The notes under the pieces are model-generated. The model was given only the letters and a program-made list of their open reading frames with translations, searched no databases and was not told the origin of the DNA. A DNA stretch of 64,000 nucleotides from a virus (lineage: Duplodnaviria; Caudoviricetes). Below are positions 9,589 through 17,834 of the stretch, piece after piece. The position numbers and the translations under genes were made by a program. The DNA lies in IMG/VR virus record IMGVR_UViG_3300050514_000135, positions 1-64,000 of that record. One strand, given 5' to 3'. How positions within the stretch are numbered: position 1 is the first letter of the stretch; each line of letters opens with the position of its first letter.

Positions 9589-12344
9589 GCCGTTTTCGTG
9601 AGACCAATGTTGGTTTCGATCGAATCAGTGGAGAGCTGCTTCGCGATCTCCTCTTCCGTGATCAGGTCGCTGTTCTTTGCCCAGGCGTAGATGTTGTCGG
9701 GAACGATCACGCGGTAGTTCATCGGGATTCTTTTCCCGTTCAGGAGCTGGATGCGCTGCTTCGGGTACGCGAGTTCGCCGATGGTCTGCGCGAGCTTCCC
9801 CGAGGGCGGGCACTTCTCGTTGCCGATGTACTTGTCCCAGAATTCGAGGAGCCCAGAGATGTTGACGAGCAGTTGGCCCTTATAAACGCGCACGTACATC
9901 TTGGTGTTCGGGTCGCCCTCGAACTTGCGGCGGTCCGAGAGGTAGCTGCAGAGCCACCGCAGCACCGCACTGCGCGCCCCGCTCGAGGTCGCGAGCCAGC
10001 GCGTGTTCTCGACGTCGGGGCGGTTGATGTAGAAGCGGCCCTGCGACTCGTGCCGGTGGTTGTAGTACAGCCACATCACGAACTCTGCGATCTTGTCGCC
10101 CTCGACCCAGCCGCGCTCGAACGTCGTCGGGCGGAGCCACGCCAGGTAGTCCCCCGCCGCGTCGCGCACCGCGATGTGGAAGTAGCGCTCCATGATGCCC
10201 TCGATCTCGTTATTCGAGAGGTCCTCGGGCGTGCGCAGGATCGACGGGTCGTGCGCGGCTACGATCGTCGGCGTGACGCCGATGAGCTTGCCGTTCGGCA
10301 GGAACTTCCGCTTGTACATGCGCTCGGTCGCCTGGATGTGGTGGCGGAGCTGCGGGTTCATCGTGTAGCCGCGGAAGTCCTTCGGTAGTTGCTCGTCAGC
10401 GAAGCAGAGCGGGCAGCTCGCGACGATGTCGTTGAACGGGCCGAACGCGGCGTCGAGCGAGGTCGGCCCGCGCGTCGTCCAGAGCCGCGCGCAGCCGAGC
10501 GCGAGCAGGCTCTTGCCGAGGCTCTTCTTGCCGGTCAGGAAGAGCGCGACGCGCACGATGTCGAGCCGCGGCAGGATCGCGAGCCACGTCTTCAGGTCGT
10601 ACCAGTACTCCGGCCCCGCGAGGTGGTAGAGCCACTCGTCGATGTCGGCGTGGTAGACCGGCGCGATCGGGCGGAGCGGGCACGGCGCCTCGATGATCGT
10701 CCGCACGCTCGGGTCGTACGTCGTGGTCTGCGCGCGCATGTCGAGGATGAGCTCGTCGGCGACGGTGCCGTACTCGGCGACGAGCTGGCGCAGGCTCTTG
10801 AACTCGGCGCCGTCCTTCGTGACCTTGTAGAGCTCGACGCCCGCGCTCGATGCCGGCGCCAGCTCGCGCAGCGCGGCGTTGTGCGCCTCCGCCTCCGTGT
10901 ACGGGCCGCGGTGCTTGCCGTAGTGGTAGAAGTAGAACGCGCGGTCCTTCTGCAGGATCCACTGGTGCCCCGTGCTGATGACCGGAGCGAACCGCTGCAG
11001 CTCCTCGACCGTGTACGGGTGCGAGCGGCCGTTGTTAAACGACTCGCGGATGCGGCTCGCCTTGTCGTGCTCGACCTCCTGCTCGCGCCGCTGTTCTTTC
11101 TTCCGCCGCTCGTCGCGCTCCTGCCGGACCTCGTCCTGCTTCAGCTTGATGCGCGCCTCGACCTGCTCGACGGTCACGTCCTCACCATCGGCGACCATGA
11201 CGCGCAGGCTCTCGTCGAAGAGCGCCGCGATGGACTTAGCGTTGTAATCGACGTACCGCGTGCCGAGCTCCGCCGCGAGCTTCAGCGCGAGCGGCTCGGG
11301 GAAAGGGCGCCGCTCGCAGACCTTCGCGAGCGCGTCGCCCAGCTCGCGCTTGTTGTCGAACTTGCTCTTCTTCAGTTCCTTGGAGTAGCGCGTGAGCTGC
11401 TCGAGTGAGATGTCCGGGGCGCGCTCGACGAGGGCGCGGACCTTCTCGACGACGTCGTAGCCGACGATGCCCGCGAGCGTGGTCCAGCCCGTGATCTTCT
11501 CGTTCGCGTCGAGCTGGTCGCGCGTGTGCTGCACGGCGCTCTCGCGCTTGTCGCGCTCCTCTTCGCTGCCGTCGTGCTGGCGCGCGACCGCGCACAGGAA
11601 CTCGACCGCGCGCTCGTCGGTTACGCCGCTTGAGAGCAGTCCGCCCGCTAGCGCGAGGTGCGCCTCGTGCCGGCGCTGGCTCGGCCACACGGCGGCGAGC
11701 ATGGCGACGGCCTCGCTGTCCTTGGTCTTCCGCTCCTCGCCGTCGGTCGCCCGCGTGTCGCGCACGCCCTCGGGCAGGGGCAGGGCGAACACGGACTCGG
11801 TCGCGAGCGCGTTGCCGGGGAGCGCGTAGTAGAAGTTCACCGCCTCGGTGCCGGCGGGGGCGAAGGGGCCGAAGTAGAGCCGGCTCTCGTTCTTGCACTT
11901 GAGGTCGCCGACGCCCCCGAAGAGGCCGTGATTCGCCTTAGCCCAGAACTCGCGCCAGCGCGCCGCGTCCACCGGCTGGTCGAGCGGGATGACGACCCGG
12001 AACTTGTACAGGCCGGTCTTGGCGAGCGACTCCGCGTGCGACCACGTGGAGTACACGACGGCCGCCAGCCCGAGCTGGCGCACGAAGGCGACGAGCGCGA
12101 GGTACGTCTGCTCGCTCACCTCGTCGACGTCGAGGACGAACATCCAGAGCCGGACGACGAAGGCGTCGTCGCGAACGACGTTCGGGGCGCTGAGGTCGAA
12201 CTCGGCCGGGCTGAAGCAGGGGACGAATTTCTTGACCTGGTAGCGATAATCGTGGGGTCCGAGCTCGGCCGCGAAGTATTCCCAAGTGATATCGCCCTGT
12301 TTCGGGTCGTTATCCTTCGCGTGGTCGAAGTTGGAGACCTTCAC
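9585..12344 (-). CDS. primase-helicase (N-terminal AEP-type primase, C-terminal DUF5906/D5-like P-loop)
   Basis: VLDVD, YSTWSH, KFRVVIPL primase motifs; TGKKSLGKS Walker A and FADE Walker B. Confidence 0.82.
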   Translation of the reverse strand: MKVSNFDHAKDNDPKQGDITWEYFAAELGPHDYRYQVKKFVPCFSPAEFDLSAPNVVRDDAFVVRLWMFVLDVDEVSEQTYLALVAFVRQLGLAAVVYSTWSHAESLAKTGLYKFRVVIPLDQPVDAARWREFWAKANHGLFGGVGDLKCKNESRLYFGPFAPAGTEAVNFYYALPGNALATESVFALPLPEGVRDTRATDGEERKTKDSEAVAMLAAVWPSQRRHEAHLALAGGLLSSGVTDERAVEFLCAVARQHDGSEEERDKRESAVQHTRDQLDANEKITGWTTLAGIVGYDVVEKVRALVERAPDISLEQLTRYSKELKKSKFDNKRELGDALAKVCERRPFPEPLALKLAAELGTRYVDYNAKSIAALFDESLRVMVADGEDVTVEQVEARIKLKQDEVRQERDERRKKEQRREQEVEHDKASRIRESFNNGRSHPYTVEELQRFAPVISTGHQWILQKDRAFYFYHYGKHRGPYTEAEAHNAALRELAPASSAGVELYKVTKDGAEFKSLRQLVAEYGTVADELILDMRAQTTTYDPSVRTIIEAPCPLRPIAPVYHADIDEWLYHLAGPEYWYDLKTWLAILPRLDIVRVALFLTGKKSLGKSLLALGCARLWTTRGPTSLDAAFGPFNDIVASCPLCFADEQLPKDFRGYTMNPQLRHHIQATERMYKRKFLPNGKLIGVTPTIVAAHDPSILRTPEDLSNNEIEGIMERYFHIAVRDAAGDYLAWLRPTTFERGWVEGDKIAEFVMWLYYNHRHESQGRFYINRPDVENTRWLATSSGARSAVLRWLCSYLSDRRKFEGDPNTKMYVRVYKGQLLVNISGLLEFWDKYIGNEKCPPSGKLAQTIGELAYPKQRIQLLNGKRIPMNYRVIVPDNIYAWAKNSDLITEEEIAKQLSTDSIETNIGLTKTA

Positions 12345-12446
12345 CGCCCACCTTGCGAATGGGCTTTTTGTTGTTGATCTCGCTCACGATTTTGGCTAAC
12401 TTCCGACTCGTCGGATTGGTCTCGCACTGGCATTGCGCGACTTTCC

Positions 12447-12480
12447 AAGCCCCTGGGTCTCCCGGCCCAGGGGCTTTTTT
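12447..12480 (+). terminator. Rho-independent terminator-like hairpin
   Basis: AAGCCCCTGGG-N8-CCCAGGGGCTT followed by a T run. Confidence 0.6.
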
Positions 12481-12744
12481 CTTGGGGATCGGGACTACGG
12501 GTTCACGGCGACGGACCTTCGCTTTTGCCAGAAGTCCGGTGTCGGCGTCAAGACCACATTCGTCGCAGTCGCGACCGTGACAGTGCGGGGTGCCACGGTC
12601 GCCTCGCGTACGCGCGTGTACGCGCGCGGGTACATGCGCGCAGGCGCGCGCGATCTGTCAGCCTCGTCTTCAAAAATCTTCCACCGAAGCCATATACCAA
12701 TGGTCATTCCGTTACACTTCTACCCCTCTATTTACTTAGATCAC

Positions 12745-12955
12745 GTGTTGGGGTGTTGGTCATGTAAGGGACATCAACGATTACGACTACTTAGAATTTT
12801 TTTTTGCCAAACACCTCCGGGTGTTGGTGGGTGTTGGTCTGTTGGGATAATTATTTTTTGAAAAATAACTCCGGAAGGTTTTCGGAATTATTTTTAGAAA
12901 AATAACCCCTCCGTTGCCCAACACCCAACACCCCCCAACAGGTGCCAGGTGTTGG
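12745..12955. other. putative replication origin (iteron-like TGTTGG repeats around an AT-rich palindromic core)
   Basis: 9 TGTTGG/CCAACA copies; two TTATTTTTNGAAAAATAAC palindromes (12851-12869, 12888-12906); upstream of primase-helicase. Confidence 0.6.
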
Positions 12956-12963
12956 GCAGATCG

Positions 12964-13326
12964 TTAATTCTTTCCTCGCCCGAGCGCGGCCCGGTACAGG
13001 TCCCGGCGCTGGTAGTGGGTCGAGGTCGTGAGGAGTCTGGCGCCCCCACCACGTGGCTCCCGGCCGCAGAGCACGCCGACGTCGGCCCCGCAGCGCGGGC
13101 AGTGGCAAGCGTCCACGCAGGCGTGCGTGACGAGGTAGGTGCCGTGGGAGACCTTGACCATCGTCTCGCTCGGCTTGAGGCTCCGCCACAGCGCGCGCTG
13201 GTCCGGCGCCAGGACGCGCGCCAGCAGGCACGGGCGGTAGCAGTACGACCGACCGTCGAGGGCGACCGAGAGCTCGTACGCCTTGAGGTCCAGCGTCACG
13301 ACGAATTGGTAGGTCGGGAGCCTCAC
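12964..13326 (-). CDS. hypothetical zinc-finger protein
   Basis: CPRCGA...C...H..R motif. Confidence 0.55.
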   Translation of the reverse strand: MRLPTYQFVVTLDLKAYELSVALDGRSYCYRPCLLARVLAPDQRALWRSLKPSETMVKVSHGTYLVTHACVDACHCPRCGADVGVLCGREPRGGGARLLTTSTHYQRRDLYRAALGRGKN

Positions 13327-13646
13327 TTCTTCAGCTCGACTTCGAGGAGCTCAGCAACTTCCAGCACGCTCGCGGGGCGACCGCTGTTGACGATCGCCGC
13401 GGAGATCTCTCGGATGCGCGAGGGCACGCTCGCTAGCTGGAGCTTTAAGAGCTCGTTCTCGGCCGTGACCGTCTGGAGCAGGTTCGCGCGCTCGTGCGCG
13501 AGGACCCAGCCGGCCTGCTTCGCGGCGATGACGCCGTTCTCCGGGTCAAGTACGGCGTCGAGGGCCTCGAGCATCTTCGGTGCTTTATGCAACGAGATGT
13601 AGATGCGCAGGTCTCCGAGGTGTTGTCGCAGCTCTTCGTCTTTCAT
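13323..13646 (-). CDS. hypothetical protein
   Basis: Coupled ORF. Confidence 0.6.
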   Translation of the reverse strand: MKDEELRQHLGDLRIYISLHKAPKMLEALDAVLDPENGVIAAKQAGWVLAHERANLLQTVTAENELLKLQLASVPSRIREISAAIVNSGRPASVLEVAELLEVELKK

Positions 13647-13784
13647 CTCTCACTTCACTTTCAGGTGCTCGACCAGCTTTTTCCGGCGGGTAGTTCGTGA
13701 CGTGCTCGTGCACGAGCCCCAGTCGCTCGACCACGCTGACGATGTTCTTCAAGACGGCCAGGACGGCGAGCTGCTCGATGCGGT

Positions 13785-13985
13785 TCATGGTTTTTTCGCC
13801 AGCGGGTTCATCTCGGTCGCCGCCTCCTGCTTCAGTTGGGCGTGCAATGCCCGGTACCGCTTCGGGTCCTCGGCGAGCGCCCGGTAGAAGAGCTTCTCCG
13901 CGGCGTCTTGGTCGATGAGCGTCCCGCGGATAGAGCGCCGCATGCGGTTCTCGACCTTGCCCCAGTCGACGGTCTTGTCGGTCAC
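13785..13985 (-). CDS. hypothetical protein
   Basis: Coupled ORF. Confidence 0.6.
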   Translation of the reverse strand: MTDKTVDWGKVENRMRRSIRGTLIDQDAAEKLFYRALAEDPKRYRALHAQLKQEAATEMNPLAKKP

Positions 13986-14094
13986 CTGCGCCTCCTCTTG
14001 AACTTCTCCCCGAGCTTCGGGTCGTGCTCGAACGGCGCGAATTCGAGCTCGTCGAGGCGGACGCCGGTCACGCGCACTTGCTTCGATCGTGTTG

Positions 14095-14526
14095 TCAATA
14101 GAACTGCTCCCAGATCATGAGTCTCGCTTCGGGCCACCACGCGCGCACCTGCTTCAAGAGTGCCTGGCACTCGAGCGGGTCGAACACGAAGGGCTCGGGG
14201 CGCCCGCGCGGGATGTGCGCGTCGAGGATCGCGCCCCGGTAGCGGTCAGTCAGAGGAAAGCCGACGATCGCGTTCGGACAGTCTTCATCGGGTGCGACCG
14301 GAAACGTCGAGCCGCCCTCGTCCTCGTGCATCGGGTGAACATCGATCTTGAAAAGCTTGTTCTTGTACTTCACGTGCGTCTCGAGGCCGGGCTGCTCGTA
14401 GAGCAGGTCCTCGTCGGACATCTTCGGTATCTTCACCTTGAGTTGCTTGAGCACCTCGCGGATCTCGGCGTAGTTGCGCACGGGTACGCCGATATAGAGC
14501 TGCGCTTGCCAAGGCATCACCACCAA
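14095..14526 (-). CDS. hypothetical protein
   Basis: Coupled ORF with phage-like codon usage. Confidence 0.6.
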   Translation of the reverse strand: MVVMPWQAQLYIGVPVRNYAEIREVLKQLKVKIPKMSDEDLLYEQPGLETHVKYKNKLFKIDVHPMHEDEGGSTFPVAPDEDCPNAIVGFPLTDRYRGAILDAHIPRGRPEPFVFDPLECQALLKQVRAWWPEARLMIWEQFY

Positions 14527-14741
14527 CCCTTGCGGTCGTAGTTGATCTCTTTCACTCGAGCTTCGACGTCGCGCAGGAACTTCTGAAAAGCGGGACCCCC
14601 GTCGGGGACGCGCCTCGCGGCTCGTGCGGCGGGTCCGGTGCCGAATTCAAGGGACGAGAGCGCGTCGAGCGTGTCTCGGCGCACGTTCTTGGACTTCTGG
14701 ATCTGCCACGCCACCCAGTCGACGAGTTCTTGTCGGTTCAT
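14517..14741 (-). CDS. hypothetical protein
   Basis: ATG at 14741 overlaps the upstream stop. Confidence 0.55.
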   Translation of the reverse strand: MNRQELVDWVAWQIQKSKNVRRDTLDALSSLEFGTGPAARAARRVPDGGPAFQKFLRDVEARVKEINYDRKGWW

Positions 14742-14944
14742 GAAGCGGTCTCCTTGCCTTCGATCTCGCGTATCGCTGTTTGAAGTCGACGCACGACCCA
14801 CGTGTCGAGGTAGATCTTCATCGCGTGCTGGTGCTCGTCTTCGACACCGCAGTCACGCAGTTCGGCGGCACGGAGCGCGGCTTTGATCTTCGCGAGCGTG
14901 CGGTAGCCGATGCGGAGTCGTGGGCGCTTGCCTTTTCTTTTCAC
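14738..14944 (-). CDS. hypothetical protein
   Basis: GTG at 14944 overlaps the upstream TGA. Confidence 0.55.
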   Translation of the reverse strand: MKRKGKRPRLRIGYRTLAKIKAALRAAELRDCGVEDEHQHAMKIYLDTWVVRRLQTAIREIEGKETAS

Positions 14945-15372
14945 AACACCCCCGCTTCCTTCAGCACCGCCCGCGCCCGCTCGTGCGCGCCCGGCTCGTT
15001 CCACGCGCGCGAGAGCCCGGACGGGTGGGGGAGGATGACGTAGCGGTCGTACCGGTGGCTGGGCCGCGTGAACGGCCTGTACTCGAAGTCGAACGCTTTG
15101 CAGACCTTCGCGCCGAACAGGATGATCCGCTCCGGCAGGTCAGCGACTCGGTACGCCGACGCTCGCTCTCGTGCGGCCTTCATCGCCCACTTCCCGTCGC
15201 ACAGGTTCACGCGGTCGAAACGTCGCAGGTACTCGCCCTCGTCGAGCTGCATGATCGTGTGGCAGAGATTCCAGCCGGCGCAGCGCGGCGGGTTCGGGTA
15301 GAGCGCGTAGCGCTGCGCGAGGCGCGGGTCGGACTGGTACGGGTTCGCCTCGCCGACGAGCAGGGGTCTCAC
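14941..15372 (-). CDS. minimal uracil-DNA glycosylase-fold protein
   Basis: LLVGEANP (motif 1-like) and ILPHPSGLSRAWN (HPS motif 2). Confidence 0.7.
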   Translation of the reverse strand: MRPLLVGEANPYQSDPRLAQRYALYPNPPRCAGWNLCHTIMQLDEGEYLRRFDRVNLCDGKWAMKAARERASAYRVADLPERIILFGAKVCKAFDFEYRPFTRPSHRYDRYVILPHPSGLSRAWNEPGAHERARAVLKEAGVL

Positions 15373-15572
15373 TTCGAACTCCTCGGCACCAGCCCGTGCT
15401 CGTGCGTGAGCTGCGCGATGATGAGCCCGGCTCGCATCCGGACGCTGTCACCGAGGCGATGGTCGCGCAGTAGCTGCTCCACGACGCCGACCAGGCGCTC
15501 GAACTCGGCCGAGCTGTTGAACCGCCCGTCCTCACCGACGGTCCAGTCCTTCTCTAGTGCTTCGTCGTTCAT
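15369..15572 (-). CDS. hypothetical protein
   Basis: Coupled ORF. Confidence 0.55.
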   Translation of the reverse strand: MNDEALEKDWTVGEDGRFNSSAEFERLVGVVEQLLRDHRLGDSVRMRAGLIIAQLTHEHGLVPRSSK

Positions 15573-15748
15573 CGATACGGATCCTTCTTCGTCGCCTCGC
15601 GCAGCGCGTGCACGGCTCGGTCGGCCATCTCGACCGAGTCTTCCAACTGAGCTTCTTCCCTCTCGTATTGGTACGTCATGAACGCGGCTCCGTAGGCCGC
15701 GCTCCAGACCGCGCGCTCGCGCTCGTCCATGTCGTTCCAGGGGATCAT
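15569..15748 (-). CDS. hypothetical protein
   Basis: ATG at 15748 overlaps the upstream stop. Confidence 0.55.
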   Translation of the reverse strand: MIPWNDMDERERAVWSAAYGAAFMTYQYEREEAQLEDSVEMADRAVHALREATKKDPYR

Positions 15749-16302
15749 CGGATCCCCAGCAGGGACTCGAGGCGAGTCAGTCCGGCGTCGTCGTTCAGCA
15801 GCTCTTCCGGTTTCTGCCCGTCGAGTTGCTCGTTCGGCTCGTGCAGCCACTGCATGGTGTGGATCTCGAACACCTTCGCGAGCACGTTGTGGTTGCGGCG
15901 CCACAGAGTCAGGGCCTCGACCGCAGGCTTGAACATTCGCAGCGAGAGGACGAGGTCGCTCAGCGAGCAGCGGATGTGCTCATTGATGACGAGGCTCTTT
16001 TTGATCGGGTCCAGACTGTCTCGCGTCAGCCCGACGATCTTCGCCAGGCTCTGGACCTGGTTTAGAGCTCCACGCGCGAACCAGATGTCTCGATCACCGT
16101 CGTTCAGGTACCGCTTGAGCTCGCGGACCTCGTCGTCGGAGGCGAATCGCAGGTCACCAGGACTGATGAAGAATCTTCCTTGAAAGTCGTTGAGCTCGTC
16201 TCGAGCCAGGCGCATCTGCACGTAGCGGTTCGCCTCGACCTCGAAGTGCTCGTAGACGTCCTCGACGTCCTGCTCGGTCTGGATTCTTTCGGGCAATGCC
16301 AT
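15745..16302 (-). CDS. protein with C-terminal Xre/MbcA/ParS antitoxin-type (DUF2384-like) domain
   Basis: C-terminal QWLHEPNEQLDGQKPEELL matches the WL..PN..L.G..P..LL pattern; start MALPERIQ at 16302. Confidence 0.55.
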   Translation of the reverse strand: MALPERIQTEQDVEDVYEHFEVEANRYVQMRLARDELNDFQGRFFISPGDLRFASDDEVRELKRYLNDGDRDIWFARGALNQVQSLAKIVGLTRDSLDPIKKSLVINEHIRCSLSDLVLSLRMFKPAVEALTLWRRNHNVLAKVFEIHTMQWLHEPNEQLDGQKPEELLNDDAGLTRLESLLGIR

Positions 16303-16304
16303 TG

Positions 16305-16694
16305 TCAGTTCCCCTCGCTGTGGCGCTTCGCGGCCCGGTCCGTGGCCACGCGCTCGACGTGCTCGAACACCGAGTTGAGGATCCGGTTGAGCGGGTTCAT
16401 CTCGCGGAGCTGGAAGTTGTGGGCCGCCACGGCGTGGTCGGTGAAGTGACCGATCACGTCCCCGATCGTTTCGCCGTTCTCGGCGAGCATCGCCACGGTG
16501 ACGCGCGACGCCAGGTCGAGGACCCTGCACTCGAGCGCGTTCAGGAGCCTGCGCTTGAACTCCGCCTGCTCGTCCTCGGGCAGCGCCTCGATGTGCGCGT
16601 ACGACACGACGATCAGTTGCTCGATCGTGTCGGCTAGGTGGATGGCGCAGGCGGCCACCCACTCCTTGATCATGTCCTCGTCGGTCTCTTCCAT
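16305..16694 (-). CDS. acidic helical hypothetical protein immediately downstream of the array
   Basis: ATG at 16694 with an AAGGAG RBS at the array edge. Confidence 0.65.
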   Translation of the reverse strand: MEETDEDMIKEWVAACAIHLADTIEQLIVVSYAHIEALPEDEQAEFKRRLLNALECRVLDLASRVTVAMLAENGETIGDVIGHFTDHAVAAHNFQLREMNPLNRILNSVFEHVERVATDRAAKRHSEGN

Positions 16695-16707
16695 CGGTCG
16701 TCTCCTT

Positions 16708-17100
16708 GGTTGGTCGCGTTGGCTCGGCTCGGCCGGTACCGGCTTGTCGCTGAGAATAGTTGTGGCAAGGTACGTCGCGAAGTTTGGGTGCGGATCGTCG
16801 CGATGGGGCGTTCGGGATCTTGGCATGGCGGGGTCTGTCGCGATGGGGCGGCATGGTAAGGTCAGTCGCGGCGCGCAGCAGTGGCCAGTGTCGTCGCTGC
16901 GGTCACGGGTTGGAGCTGAAAGGCACGTCGCACGAGTTGGCTGGGATTGTCGTGTCGACGAGGACGTGGTTCGGAATGTCTGGGATTGTCGCGTCGGCTA
17001 GGGCGTGGCTTGGGCGGGCATGTGGGGGCATGTCGCGTGGTTGGGTGCGGAACGACATGGCACGTCGCACGGATTGGCTGGGATTGTCCTGGTTCGTCGC
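16708..17100 (-). repeat. pentamer-periodic non-coding array 1 (putative guide-RNA array)
   Basis: 13 GTCGY anchors (16713, 16746, 16774, 16797, 16837, 16865, 16893, 16927, 16949, 16988, 17032, 17064, 17096) separated by runs of GG-NNN pentamers; starts at the RAMP gene stop codon. Confidence 0.85.
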
Positions 17101-17813
17101 TACGCCTTCTCCTTCTTCGCCGCGGGCTCGGTCGCGATGCCCTTGCCCGTGCTGATCTTCTCGAACTCGACCACGTCGAACTTGCCCTCGCCCTGCGAGC
17201 GGGACGCGCCGCAACCGTTCTCCTGCGCGTGCGTGAGGATCTCGACGAGCTCCGCCTCGCCGACGTGCCGCTTCTCCAGCGCGGCCGTGCCGAGGACCCA
17301 GATCTCGAACGTGAGCGTCGGCTTCGTCACGTAGTCCATGCGCCGGAGCGCGGTGCGCGGGCCCTGCGCGGTCATGACGTGGATCGCGCTCTCGTCCGTC
17401 CCGTCGATCGTCTTCTTGCCGAGGTAGATCCGGTCGTGGCCGTTGACCGCCTTCACCTCCATGCCCTCGGCGAGGATCTGCTTGCTGCCGAGCTTCTTCT
17501 TGGTGACGCCGAGGAGGGACGCCGACTGCTTGAGCATGGCCTTGACGTTGCGCGCGGGGATGAACAGGCCCTGCTTGTCCTCGGGGAAGTCTATCCACGA
17601 CTTCTCGGCGACCTCGTTCACGACGAGCTCGGCGTTCTCCTGCGTGAGCTTCTCGCTCTTCTCGTCGGCGTAGCCGGTCGTCGACTCGACCCACGTCTTG
17701 ATGAGCTCCTTGTTCTTGGGCATGCCGCCGCACACGCGGTCGCGTACGGCGATCGTGACGCGGTAGATGTCGTACAGGCGTCGCGGGTCGAATCTCTCGT
17801 CTAGTTTGCTCAT
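17100..17813 (-). CDS. stand-alone Cas7/RAMP-superfamily RNA-binding protein (237 aa)
   Basis: N-terminal strand YRVTIAVRDRVCGG, FIPARNVKAMLK (IPGSSLKG-like), C-terminal Gly-rich loop GCGASRSQGEGKFDV; ATG at 17813 with purine-rich RBS. Confidence 0.8.
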   Translation of the reverse strand: MSKLDERFDPRRLYDIYRVTIAVRDRVCGGMPKNKELIKTWVESTTGYADEKSEKLTQENAELVVNEVAEKSWIDFPEDKQGLFIPARNVKAMLKQSASLLGVTKKKLGSKQILAEGMEVKAVNGHDRIYLGKKTIDGTDESAIHVMTAQGPRTALRRMDYVTKPTLTFEIWVLGTAALEKRHVGEAELVEILTHAQENGCGASRSQGEGKFDVVEFEKISTGKGIATEPAAKKEKA

Positions 17814-17834
17814 GCTCTGCTCTTTTCTTTTTGG

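Noticed and set aside
2605-12377. Long + strand ORFs antisense to the replication genes (e.g. 2605-4527, 4407-6179, 7952-9430, 10389-11408)
   Set aside because: These are shadow ORFs expected from high GC3 codon bias, with no motifs and R/A/V-rich translations.
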